The position numbers and the translations under genes are program-made. DNA of 64,000 nucleotides from Longimicrobiales bacterium (lineage in GTDB: Bacteria > Gemmatimonadota > Gemmatimonadetes > Longimicrobiales > Gaopeijiaceae). This document shows positions 9,821 to 17,748 of this stretch, one piece after another (within the stretch, counting starts at the first letter, position 1; each line of letters opens with the position of its first letter). The DNA is taken from assembly GCA_965202985.1 (NCBI GenBank), contig CBDBCF010000001.1, positions 2,080,001 through 2,144,000 of the forward strand, in the 5' to 3' direction. The notes beneath the pieces are model-generated. The model saw only the letters and a list, made by a program, of their open reading frames with translations, ran no database searches and was not told the DNA's origin.

Positions 9821-10456
9821 GTGACGGCCTTGCGTGCCATCGCAACCGACACGGAGCCCCTCATGCCCATCGACGACCCAAAGAACCCCGAGGCGGCGGA
9901 CGGTGTTCGGGAGATCGACCTGGAACGGCTGCATGCTCGCGACCCCGAGTTGCTGAAGAGGCTGATCCAAGAGACCACGCCGCGCATTCGAGCGGCGATT
10001 CGGTCGTTTGCGGCCACCGACGCCGACTTGGACGACATCGTTCAGGAATGCTGGGTCCGCATACTGAAGCAACTCGACAAGTTCACGAAGGCCGGCTCGT
10101 TTCCCAGATGGGCCGTCACGGTCAGTCGCAACTACTGCAGGTCCATGCATCGAGAGGCGAAGCGAGCCGTGGACACGGTGTCCATCGAGGATGTCGAAGA
10201 TGGCGTCGATTCGGAGCCGAACCCCGAGGAAGAGTTTGGGCGAGGCCAGATCAAGCAGGCCGTCTGGCGGGAGCTGAACCGGTTGCCGGACCGAGAGCGC
10301 GAGGCCGTCGTCATGGACCTGATGGAGCAGCGCCCGACCTCCGAGATCGCCCGGAAGCTCGGCGTGACGGAGACGTCGGCGCGAAAGATTCTCGGCAGGG
10401 GGATCGCCAAGCTCCGGCGGTCCGACGTCCTGCGCGAGATGGTCATGAGGGTATGA
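9821..10456 (+). CDS. ECF sigma-70 factor
   Basis: Region 2 'DLDDIVQECWVRIL...SFPRWAVTVSRNYC' and region 4 'LNRLPDREREAV...SEIARKLGV.ETSARK...RGIAKLR'. The start may be ATG 9863. Confidence 0.9.
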   Translation: MTALRAIATDTEPLMPIDDPKNPEAADGVREIDLERLHARDPELLKRLIQETTPRIRAAIRSFAATDADLDDIVQECWVRILKQLDKFTKAGSFPRWAVTVSRNYCRSMHREAKRAVDTVSIEDVEDGVDSEPNPEEEFGRGQIKQAVWRELNRLPDREREAVVMDLMEQRPTSEIARKLGVTETSARKILGRGIAKLRRSDVLREMVMRV

Positions 10457-10567
10457 AGGCCCGGACGCCGGGAATCCGATTGGCGGAAACTGACCCATCG
10501 GAGACGGGTGCGCACGGCGTTTTCAGTCTTTGGACCGCGCAACACCCCGAACACAGGGAGCATCGCC

Positions 10568-10849
10568 ATGAGCACCAGGACCAAGTGGATCGTGGGCCTT
10601 CTCGCGATCAACATCGCTCTTCTGCCGTTCACGTTCACGTTCGCGTCGAAGCGGACGGCGGCAGGCCCTCCGAACGGGTGGCTGGACTGCTGCCAGGAGA
10701 CCGCCGCCGGTGCACCATACTGCTGCGTCAACTGCTGCTGGCTGACCCAGGACTGCGGCGCGGGCCTGGGTTGCGGGAGGCAGGCGGCGGTAGCGACGAC
10801 AGCCGCTTTCTCGGACGACGCCGAGGACGGGGACCGTGACGAGCGCTGA
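10568..10849 (+). CDS. Small secreted cysteine-rich peptide (93 aa, 8 Cys)
   Basis: AGGGAG RBS, ATG 10568. Hydrophobic signal WIVGLLAINIALLPFTFTFA, core CC-x9-CC-x2-CC-x5-C-x5-C, acidic tail. Confidence 0.75.
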   Translation: MSTRTKWIVGLLAINIALLPFTFTFASKRTAAGPPNGWLDCCQETAAGAPYCCVNCCWLTQDCGAGLGCGRQAAVATTAAFSDDAEDGDRDER

Positions 10850-11996
10850 CGCTTTCCCACGACGGGCCGGAGCGGTCTTCCTCAAGCTCGGGGCCCTCTA
10901 CGCCCTCTACGCCCTCTCCGCCCTCGAGAACTTCCCGGGCGTCTACACGATGGTACAGAGGCTGGCCCTGTCGATCGGGTCGGCCAGCATCGTCCTGTCG
11001 CTACTGGTGCCCGTGGCGGTCTTCATGGCAGCGGGGCGACACTTTGACCCCATTGACGAGGCCGAGGTCGGAGGAAGAAGGCGGCAGTGGGCTTGGTTGG
11101 GACTGATGGCGCTTGTCGCTTACCTGCTGAGCGCTTTTGGGCCCGGACTCTCCGATCGAGCGATGGCTGTGCTCGCGCCGCCGCCCGAGGGATTCGCGAC
11201 GCCGGAAGGTCCTCCCTCGGCAGTCGCCAAGTACATCGTTCCGTTTGCGATCGGCCTGCTGGTCGTGGTGGCCGGAGTCGCCGGGGCCGTGGTCGGGCAG
11301 ATCACGACGTGGGCACCCCGTTGGTGCCGCCACCTCTGGATGTGGGCCGCCGGCGTGACGTTGACCGTTGGCTTCTTCCTGTCGGTGGTCGGGGTCGGCG
11401 AACTCGTGGACCGCCACGGCGTGATCCTTGCTTGGGCATTCTTGCCGGGTCCGCTGGTCCTTCCCCTTCTTGGGACATGGGCCTTGCTCCGGTCGCAACG
11501 CATCCCCGTCCGAGACGTATTGCGCCCGGACTACGCCAAGTCGCTTCCCGTAGAGGCAGAGAGCCTTGACCGGTTGCTGTCGGCGGTCCGCGACGCCGCA
11601 ACGCCCGAAGAACTCGCCCCCGGCGTGGCGGCAAACGAACGCGAAGCCGAGTTGGCGCGGTTCCTGATCGCCATCCGGGAAGCTGCTGCGCCGACCATGG
11701 AGGTCAGCGAGCAGCAGATGCAGAAGCTGGTTCGGGCGACGCTTGCCGCGGCGGCCGAGACCGTGTCGCGTCCTCAGCCACGGCGTTCGTTTGCGTGGTG
11801 GCCGCGGTTGGACCTGGCGGCGGCAAGAGAGTTTGCGGTCTCTTGGGGATGCCTTGCCAGCGGACTGGCCGTTCTGGGTCTTGTCGGCGGCGTGTCCCCG
11901 AACGCACTTGCCGCCGGCACCGTCGGCCTGCTCGGCGCCGTCGTCGGCGTCTGGCTTGCGCGCCGACAGCCCGAGCCGGTGCTGCTTCCCGCTTGA
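10836..11996 (+). CDS. Multi-pass membrane protein of unknown function
   Basis: About 7 hydrophobic segments, a roughly 100-aa hydrophilic helical loop, then 2 more TM segments. Overlaps the peptide gene. Confidence 0.75.
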   Translation: MTSADAFPRRAGAVFLKLGALYALYALSALENFPGVYTMVQRLALSIGSASIVLSLLVPVAVFMAAGRHFDPIDEAEVGGRRRQWAWLGLMALVAYLLSAFGPGLSDRAMAVLAPPPEGFATPEGPPSAVAKYIVPFAIGLLVVVAGVAGAVVGQITTWAPRWCRHLWMWAAGVTLTVGFFLSVVGVGELVDRHGVILAWAFLPGPLVLPLLGTWALLRSQRIPVRDVLRPDYAKSLPVEAESLDRLLSAVRDAATPEELAPGVAANEREAELARFLIAIREAAAPTMEVSEQQMQKLVRATLAAAAETVSRPQPRRSFAWWPRLDLAAAREFAVSWGCLASGLAVLGLVGGVSPNALAAGTVGLLGAVVGVWLARRQPEPVLLPA

Positions 11997-12805
11997 GCCG
12001 CAATCCCACGCCCCCGCTTCTTGCGCTTCTCCAAAGCTCGCGACTTAGGGAGCGGCTGCGCGTGGCCATCGACTCCGGGCCCGCGTCCAGGATCATCGGG
12101 CCGACGATCTTCGCGTCGGGATGGCAGGAGCTGGGCGACCTTGCCAAGACGCACGCGCGCTCGCCGGCGGTGGTGGATCCAGGCTTTCGGAGTCCGGCCG
12201 ATCCTCCCGAGACCGACTCGATCCGACTGTTTCGGGGCCTGCCCACAGAGCTGGTCTGCTACGCGACGACGGCTTCTCCGCCCGACGCGCCGTTCGAACC
12301 CGCGACCATGGCCTACTCGGCGGTGCTGCGGCCGGGCGTGGACGACCACTTCGACGCCATAGAGTCGGCTATCCTCCAAGCCGCCGACGCGCGCCGCGTA
12401 CGCCGCCTCCTGGACGATGTCGCAAGGCGAGCGTCCGCGGACGTCGAACGCATCTTCGCTCGCGTCCTGGCCATGTCCGTCCAGCCATGCACCGTAGCGA
12501 ACCTCGCGACCCATCTGAGGCTCTCCAAGCGAACCCTCTTCCGCCGCTGCGCTGCGCTGGGCATCCCGTCCCCGAAGCGGCTCTGCTCGCTGGGACGGAT
12601 ATTCACGGTGGAGCGACTGGCGGAGTGGAGCAATCAGCCGTCCGGCGCGGTGGCGCTGGCCCTGGGCTTCTCCGACTATGCCAACTACCGCCGGCTGGTC
12701 CGTCGCATGCTTGGCGCACCCCCGTCCGCAATCCGACAACAAGGCGGCTTGGGCCTTGTCACCAGGACGGTCTTGCGGGAGCTTGCTGCGGGGCGGGCTC
12801 CATGA
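11993..12805 (+). CDS. AraC-family HTH transcriptional regulator
   Basis: C-terminal double HTH 'TVANLATHLRLSKRTLFRRC...VALALGFSDYANYRRLVRRMLGAPPS'. The in-frame TTG 11993 overlaps the upstream TGA (TTGA). Confidence 0.8.
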   Translation: MSRNPTPPLLALLQSSRLRERLRVAIDSGPASRIIGPTIFASGWQELGDLAKTHARSPAVVDPGFRSPADPPETDSIRLFRGLPTELVCYATTASPPDAPFEPATMAYSAVLRPGVDDHFDAIESAILQAADARRVRRLLDDVARRASADVERIFARVLAMSVQPCTVANLATHLRLSKRTLFRRCAALGIPSPKRLCSLGRIFTVERLAEWSNQPSGAVALALGFSDYANYRRLVRRMLGAPPSAIRQQGGLGLVTRTVLRELAAGRAP

Positions 12806-12830
12806 CCCCACAAGACGGGAGGACACGACG

Positions 12831-13916
12831 ATGAAGCGCTCAGATCATCTACTACCGGACACCCAAGCACGGGCGGCGGTGCCAGGACACCTGCGGCGCC
12901 GACGAGCGGGGACTTGGTGTCTGCTGCTAGTCGCCGCAACCTGCACTCGCGAGGGCGGGACGGTACAGGAAGCGGACATGCCGATGCTGCCGAGTTCCAT
13001 ATTCGAGCCGGTCAAGACGATCGCCCTGGAAGAGAGCGACGAAGTCGTCAACGTCAGTCCGGAAGTGTCGGTTCAACAGGACGGTTCGTTCCTGATTGCC
13101 GACGGACGCGAAGCGCGCATCCGCATCTACGACCCCGACGGCAGACTGCTGACTCAGTTTGGGCGCAAAGGCGAAGGTCCAGGCGAGCTTGGCCTACCGC
13201 TCGAGGCAACCCGTCGATCCGACGGCTCCATACTGGTCGCCGACTTCTCCTGGGGACTCCTTCATTTCGATTCGTCCGGCACGCGCTTTCTCGGGGGAAC
13301 TCGACCTCCGATTAGGCCGCTGTACACGGCGGAGCCGCTGGACAGCCACAGGTTCCTGATCTCTGGCCTCTACCGCGGGGCCGCCGATCCGAGAGAGTTG
13401 ATGCACGTGTGGGATGCAAGGGCCGACACGGTGTTGTTCAGTTTCTTTCCCACACCCGGCGATTCGTTGGCGAGGCTTGCAGCGAGGAACTTCGGATGGG
13501 CCGATTTCGTACGCAAAGGCGATACCGTCGCAGCCATCGCCGCGTTTTCCGATACGCTCTACCTCTTCGACCAGTCGGGCGACGAACTAGGACAGGTCGC
13601 GTTGCCGATCATAGATTTCAAGCGAATCACGACATACGATCCAGCCGCAAATCCTCTTGAGCTTGACCGGTGGCTTGAGACTCTGAATCTCCTGGTAAAC
13701 ATACACTGGTTGGACGACGGTACGTTTCTTGTACAATATCAAGAGCCTCGCGGAGCGAGCAACGTATGGAATTTGCTTCGAACCGACCTGGATGGTCATC
13801 GCTACTTCGACGTACGCAATACTCCCGAACTCCTTGCGGTCAAGGACGAACTGCTTGTCTTTGTTCATCCAGAATCCTATACGCCAGACAAATGGATAAT
13901 CGTACGACTGCGCTAG
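12831..13916 (+). CDS. 6-bladed beta-propeller lipoprotein
   Basis: GGAGG RBS, ATG 12831, LLVAATC lipobox, IRIYDPDGRLLTQFGRKGEGPGE motif. Confidence 0.8.
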   Translation: MKRSDHLLPDTQARAAVPGHLRRRRAGTWCLLLVAATCTREGGTVQEADMPMLPSSIFEPVKTIALEESDEVVNVSPEVSVQQDGSFLIADGREARIRIYDPDGRLLTQFGRKGEGPGELGLPLEATRRSDGSILVADFSWGLLHFDSSGTRFLGGTRPPIRPLYTAEPLDSHRFLISGLYRGAADPRELMHVWDARADTVLFSFFPTPGDSLARLAARNFGWADFVRKGDTVAAIAAFSDTLYLFDQSGDELGQVALPIIDFKRITTYDPAANPLELDRWLETLNLLVNIHWLDDGTFLVQYQEPRGASNVWNLLRTDLDGHRYFDVRNTPELLAVKDELLVFVHPESYTPDKWIIVRLR

Positions 13917-14239
13917 GAGCGATTGTACTGACGATCGTGACAGCTTCAATTGCCTACGAGCCCAGTATGCCGCTGCGCGAAGGCGGTTCAGCTCCGAGCT
14001 TCACTGCGGCTCATGGCAACGTATCTGTTGTCTGGGTGATTCGACCGGAGGACCTCCTTACTTGCCAAGATGTCACTACGGCTCTTCGACGGATTGAGAG
14101 GCGATTTTCCGATGTGTCGCTCCATGTGGTTGTCCTTATGGTCCGGCACCTCGAGCGTCAAGGCGGCTACAAGGGGGAAACGCCCTCCTCTCGTGAATGC
14201 GCTGGTGTCCGCCGGGTAATCGATGTTCCGGTGATGTGA
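13892..14239 (+). CDS. Exported thioredoxin/peroxiredoxin-like protein, probably truncated
   Basis: Signal-like N-terminus, 'LREGGSAPSF' (AhpC/TSA-like start), 'VVWVIRPEDLLTC'. Ends next to the IS1380 remnant. Confidence 0.4.
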   Translation: MDNRTTALGAIVLTIVTASIAYEPSMPLREGGSAPSFTAAHGNVSVVWVIRPEDLLTCQDVTTALRRIERRFSDVSLHVVVLMVRHLERQGGYKGETPSSRECAGVRRVIDVPVM

Positions 14240-14241
14240 CT

Positions 14242-14960
14242 CCGCCTTATTCATGACTCGTGTGAAGTTGTCGTTGGGGCGAGATTGCGGACGTGCACAA
14301 GGCGAGTAGCGCAAGACGAGCGTGCGAGCGGGGTCGAATTGGCAGTTGCGGGCGGTGGATACGAGGCGCGTCGGGCGGCCAGCGTTCAGTGACGCGCGGA
14401 GCGGCCGACGATCGTGACGACACGGCGTTCGGAGACGGTGAACCGAGCGGGCACGCGCAGCACGCGTTCGAGCAGCCGACGCAAGCTCCACCCGGTCTGG
14501 GTGGCGCGTTCCAGCAGCGTGCGCAGCACGTGCATGGTCCCACCACCACATCCGCGCATCGTCGCCTGCCTCCCGCAAAGGTCGTACCAGGTCTTCTGCA
14601 CCGCTTCGTCCACGGCCCGCTCGGCCAACCTGTCGAGCACCGCGTTCCGCCGGAGCCGGGCCACGAACGGCGTGCCCCGGTCCTCGAGCGCCCGCATCAG
14701 CTGCTCGGCGGGTATCCCGCGTCCATGCGCACCACCGCCTTGCGGCAGCAGTGCCGCTCGACGCGGTCGAGCACCGCCAGCACGAACTCCGTCCCGCCCG
14801 CAGCCGTGTGCGCCTTGCCCGCCCGCAGCCGAGCGTCCAGCATGTCGCCCGTCTCTGCCGACGACGCCACCAGCGGATGGTACACCGTCGCCTTGCAGTA
14901 GCCGTTCCAGCCGCTGCCCGGCTGCTTGCCGTGAACCTCGATCGGCGGGCTGTCTGGCGC
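14242..14960 (-). mobile_element. IS1380-family transposase remnant (frameshifted, internally deleted)
   Basis: Fragments in different frames: IEVHGKQPGSGWNGY, YHPLVASSAETGDMLDARLRAG.AHTA, VVRMDAGYP, LMRALE.RG..FVARLRRNAVLDRLA, GWSLRRL.ERVLRVPARF. Possible terminus CCGCCTTATTCATGA at 14242. Confidence 0.75.
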
Positions 14961-15163
14961 TCGTGGCCGAGAACCGACGGCCGGCCGCCGAACGGCAGGA
15001 CCGAGCCCCGCGTCCAGAACCCCTCGACCTCAAGTCACAGCCGCCTCCGACAGTCTCACCTTGGCTGTCGCTCGACAGGGCGGGTTAGCATTTCTGTCCC
15101 GATGGACCTATCCTGTCATCCGCGAAAGGAACACTCCCACTCATTCCCGGAGGGGAAGCAGCG

Positions 15164-16414
15164 ATGAATACGATCAACAGATCGACCGCCGCCGCCGGCA
15201 CGCCGTCGCCACGCCGTGAGCAAGAGCTCGACCGCCGAACGTACATGGCGTTCGTACTGGCCCTGCCTGGAATCGTACTAGCCGCGGCGTGCGGGGGCGG
15301 CCCGGCGGACGAAGGTCCCGAACTTGCAACCCGCGTCGACACCGTGGGCAGCGTGGTGCGCGTCTCCAATACCGGCGACGCCCCGGAATGGGAGCTGGTC
15401 CCAGTCGTCTCCATCGGGCCCAGGTCGGCCCTCGAGTCGAACACTCCGGAGGCGTTCGGCTCCGTATACGGGATCGCCTTCGGCGCCGGCGGCGACATCT
15501 TCGTGGCCGACGGCCTGAACCGCGAAGTCCGGGTCTTCGGCCCAGCCGGCCAGCACCTTCGTACCTTCGGGCGCCAGGGCGAAGGACCGGGGGAGTTCAG
15601 CAACCTCAATTCCCTTGCTTGGGTGGGAAGCAAGCTGCTGACGCTGGACTTCGGCTCCGGACGAGTCGGCGAGTTCTCGCCTGACGGCGAATGGTTGGGA
15701 CAGCGCAGCGAGTTCGGCGCAATCGGTGGAGGAGGCGGCGCCTTGCGTCTCTACCCCGTCGCGGCGGACGAAGCGTTCGTGCTGACCTACTCTCCCGCTC
15801 GGGGCGAAATGATCTTCGCCGGCCACGACGACGCGGGACCCACTGCGGACACCCTTCCAACTCTCGTGGCGCCGGAAGGCACGGTCAGCGGCATTACGTG
15901 CACCAGCGAAACGGCGCTCCGCAGCTATCCCATCCCCTTCGCCCCCAGAATCGTGCAGCACCCCGGACCGGGCGGCAGTATCTACTCGGCGGTGACGGAC
16001 CAGTACCGGATAGCAGTCACGCATGGCACGGACACGTTGCAGATCATCGAGCGGGAGTTGCCCGCAGAACCGGTGTCGGACGAGGAGTGGGAGGCGGGCA
16101 ACGAAGAGTACTACGCGTTCCTGGACGAAAACCCAAGTGCCTCCTGCGAGCCGCGCAGGCCGGACAAGCCCGCCGCTATGCCCTTCGTCGAGGACCTCTT
16201 CGTCGCGCCCGACGGTCGCCTGTGGGTGGAAGTCGTGCGGGCCGCGGGCAACCGGTGGGAAGTCTACGATTCCACTGGCGCATTGGTGGGCGCCATGCTT
16301 GCACCGGAACGCTCCACGGCGCCCGCCTTCGGCCTGGAGCGAATGGCGACGGCCCGTCGCGACAGCCTTGGCCTAAGCCATGTGGACGTCTGGCGGGTGT
16401 TGGAGTCGCGATGA
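15164..16414 (+). CDS. 6-bladed beta-propeller lipoprotein
   Basis: GGAGG RBS, LAAAC lipobox, 'EVRVFGPAGQHLRTFGRQGEGPGEF'. Confidence 0.8.
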   Translation: MNTINRSTAAAGTPSPRREQELDRRTYMAFVLALPGIVLAAACGGGPADEGPELATRVDTVGSVVRVSNTGDAPEWELVPVVSIGPRSALESNTPEAFGSVYGIAFGAGGDIFVADGLNREVRVFGPAGQHLRTFGRQGEGPGEFSNLNSLAWVGSKLLTLDFGSGRVGEFSPDGEWLGQRSEFGAIGGGGGALRLYPVAADEAFVLTYSPARGEMIFAGHDDAGPTADTLPTLVAPEGTVSGITCTSETALRSYPIPFAPRIVQHPGPGGSIYSAVTDQYRIAVTHGTDTLQIIERELPAEPVSDEEWEAGNEEYYAFLDENPSASCEPRRPDKPAAMPFVEDLFVAPDGRLWVEVVRAAGNRWEVYDSTGALVGAMLAPERSTAPAFGLERMATARRDSLGLSHVDVWRVLESR

Positions 16415-17307
16415 TTGCGTCGCATTCTTTGCTCGACCAACTCTACGAATTCATGCTTTAGCTCTATTCCGACCCACCGGCGACCAAGCTGTTGTGCCGC
16501 AATCAACGTGGTTCCCGAGCCGGCAAAGGGATCCAGGACGACGGCACGCCCGTGACTTGTTATCTCTATGCACCGAAGAGTCATGGGCATAACGGCCGGG
16601 TGATCGGCATCCCCGGAGAAGCGACGAGGAGACGTGGGAATATCCCATACCGTGCGCAAGCGACGACCATTCGGGCCGCGCACGGCGTCGACGTTGTAGT
16701 AGTACGACTGGGACTTCGAGAACAGGAAGACGGTCTCGTGGGACTTGGTGGGCCGATCCCTGACCGACTCCGGCTGGGCGTTGGGCTTGTGCCATATGAC
16801 CTCCGACCGGAGCCACCAACCCGCTTCTTGAAGCAGGAATGCAATTCGCCAGGGGAGGCCGATCAGGTCCTTGGCCTTCAGTCCCTCGGGGGTGGGCGGG
16901 CGCACCGACATGGCTCGCACGCGATTCTTGCGATCGGGCGCTCGGTATCGTCGACTTCCCGAAGTGTACACGTCCCCAACATTCAGCCACACCGTACCAT
17001 CGCTGCGCAGTACTCGCTTTAGTTTGTCGAATGTGTGCACAAGGCGAGCCAGGTACGCATCCAGCGTGTCGTCTCTTCCCAGCTGCTGGCCTACGTCGTA
17101 GTCGCGCAAAGACCAGTAGGGCGGGGACGTCACGACGGTCTGCACGGTTTCGTCGGCTAGCAGGTCAAGTCCCGCCGACGCATCGCCGCATATCAGCACG
17201 GAATCGTCGTGATGCCGAATATCCGGTGCCTGTTGCGGGAACAATCCGAGGTCCAGCGTTGGCTGTCTCGTCGGAACGGCGGCGATCTCGTCGGAACGGC
17301 GTATCAT
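16264..17307 (-). CDS. Beta-class site-specific DNA methyltransferase (N4-cytosine type), orphan
   Basis: Catalytic TSPPY precedes the SAM motif VLDPFAGSGTT. Also W.KPN..PES..DRP.KSHE and GIEL. The ORF reads about 150 bp into the convergent gene. Confidence 0.85.
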   Translation of the reverse strand: MIRRSDEIAAVPTRQPTLDLGLFPQQAPDIRHHDDSVLICGDASAGLDLLADETVQTVVTSPPYWSLRDYDVGQQLGRDDTLDAYLARLVHTFDKLKRVLRSDGTVWLNVGDVYTSGSRRYRAPDRKNRVRAMSVRPPTPEGLKAKDLIGLPWRIAFLLQEAGWWLRSEVIWHKPNAQPESVRDRPTKSHETVFLFSKSQSYYYNVDAVRGPNGRRLRTVWDIPTSPRRFSGDADHPAVMPMTLRCIEITSHGRAVVLDPFAGSGTTLIAAQQLGRRWVGIELKHEFVELVEQRMRRNHRDSNTRQTSTWLRPRLSRRAVAIRSRPKAGAVERSGASMAPTNAPVES

Positions 17308-17352
17308 GCCTACGACCGTACGAAGGGACGCCCAACCAGTCAAGGTTGCTTG

Positions 17353-17748
17353 CTAACCCCCTATCGAACAGTGCTTGCCGTCCGCTTCGGCGAGCGCGGC
17401 GACGCCTTCCTTGCCCACTTGCAAAAACGGGATCGTCGGGTAGCCGAGTTCCTGGGCGACCAGCACTCCCAGCACGAGGATCGCGTCGGGCTCGCCTACC
17501 ACCACGCCGGCCGGGGCCGTGCCGTTGCGCAGCAACTCCAGCATGATCGCGCTGGACGAGCTCGAGCCGATGGTGCGCTCCGTGGCGACGATGCGGCCGC
17601 CCAGCCGCTCCCCGTGCTGGGGGTGCCGGGGGTCGGCGATCCGACCGGACTCGGGGTCCACGCCGCCCCAGAAGCTGACGGGCTTCTGGAGGAACAGGAG
17701 CCGTCCCCGGGCGCTTCCCGGGTGGACCACCGTGCCGGTCAGCTCCAC
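17353..17748 (-). CDS. Aconitase X small (swivel) subunit, DUF126
   Basis: SFWGGVDP.SGRI.D.RHP..G, GSSSSS..LEL.R.G.APA. GTG 17748 overlaps the large-subunit stop. Confidence 0.9.
   Translation of the reverse strand: MELTGTVVHPGSARGRLLFLQKPVSFWGGVDPESGRIADPRHPQHGERLGGRIVATERTIGSSSSSAIMLELLRNGTAPAGVVVGEPDAILVLGVLVAQELGYPTIPFLQVGKEGVAALAEADGKHCSIGG

Noticed and set aside
5300..17350. Prophage, integron or diversity-generating retroelement as the explanation for the island
   Set aside because: No integrase, phage structural gene, attC-like repeat, reverse transcriptase or TR/VR pair was seen.
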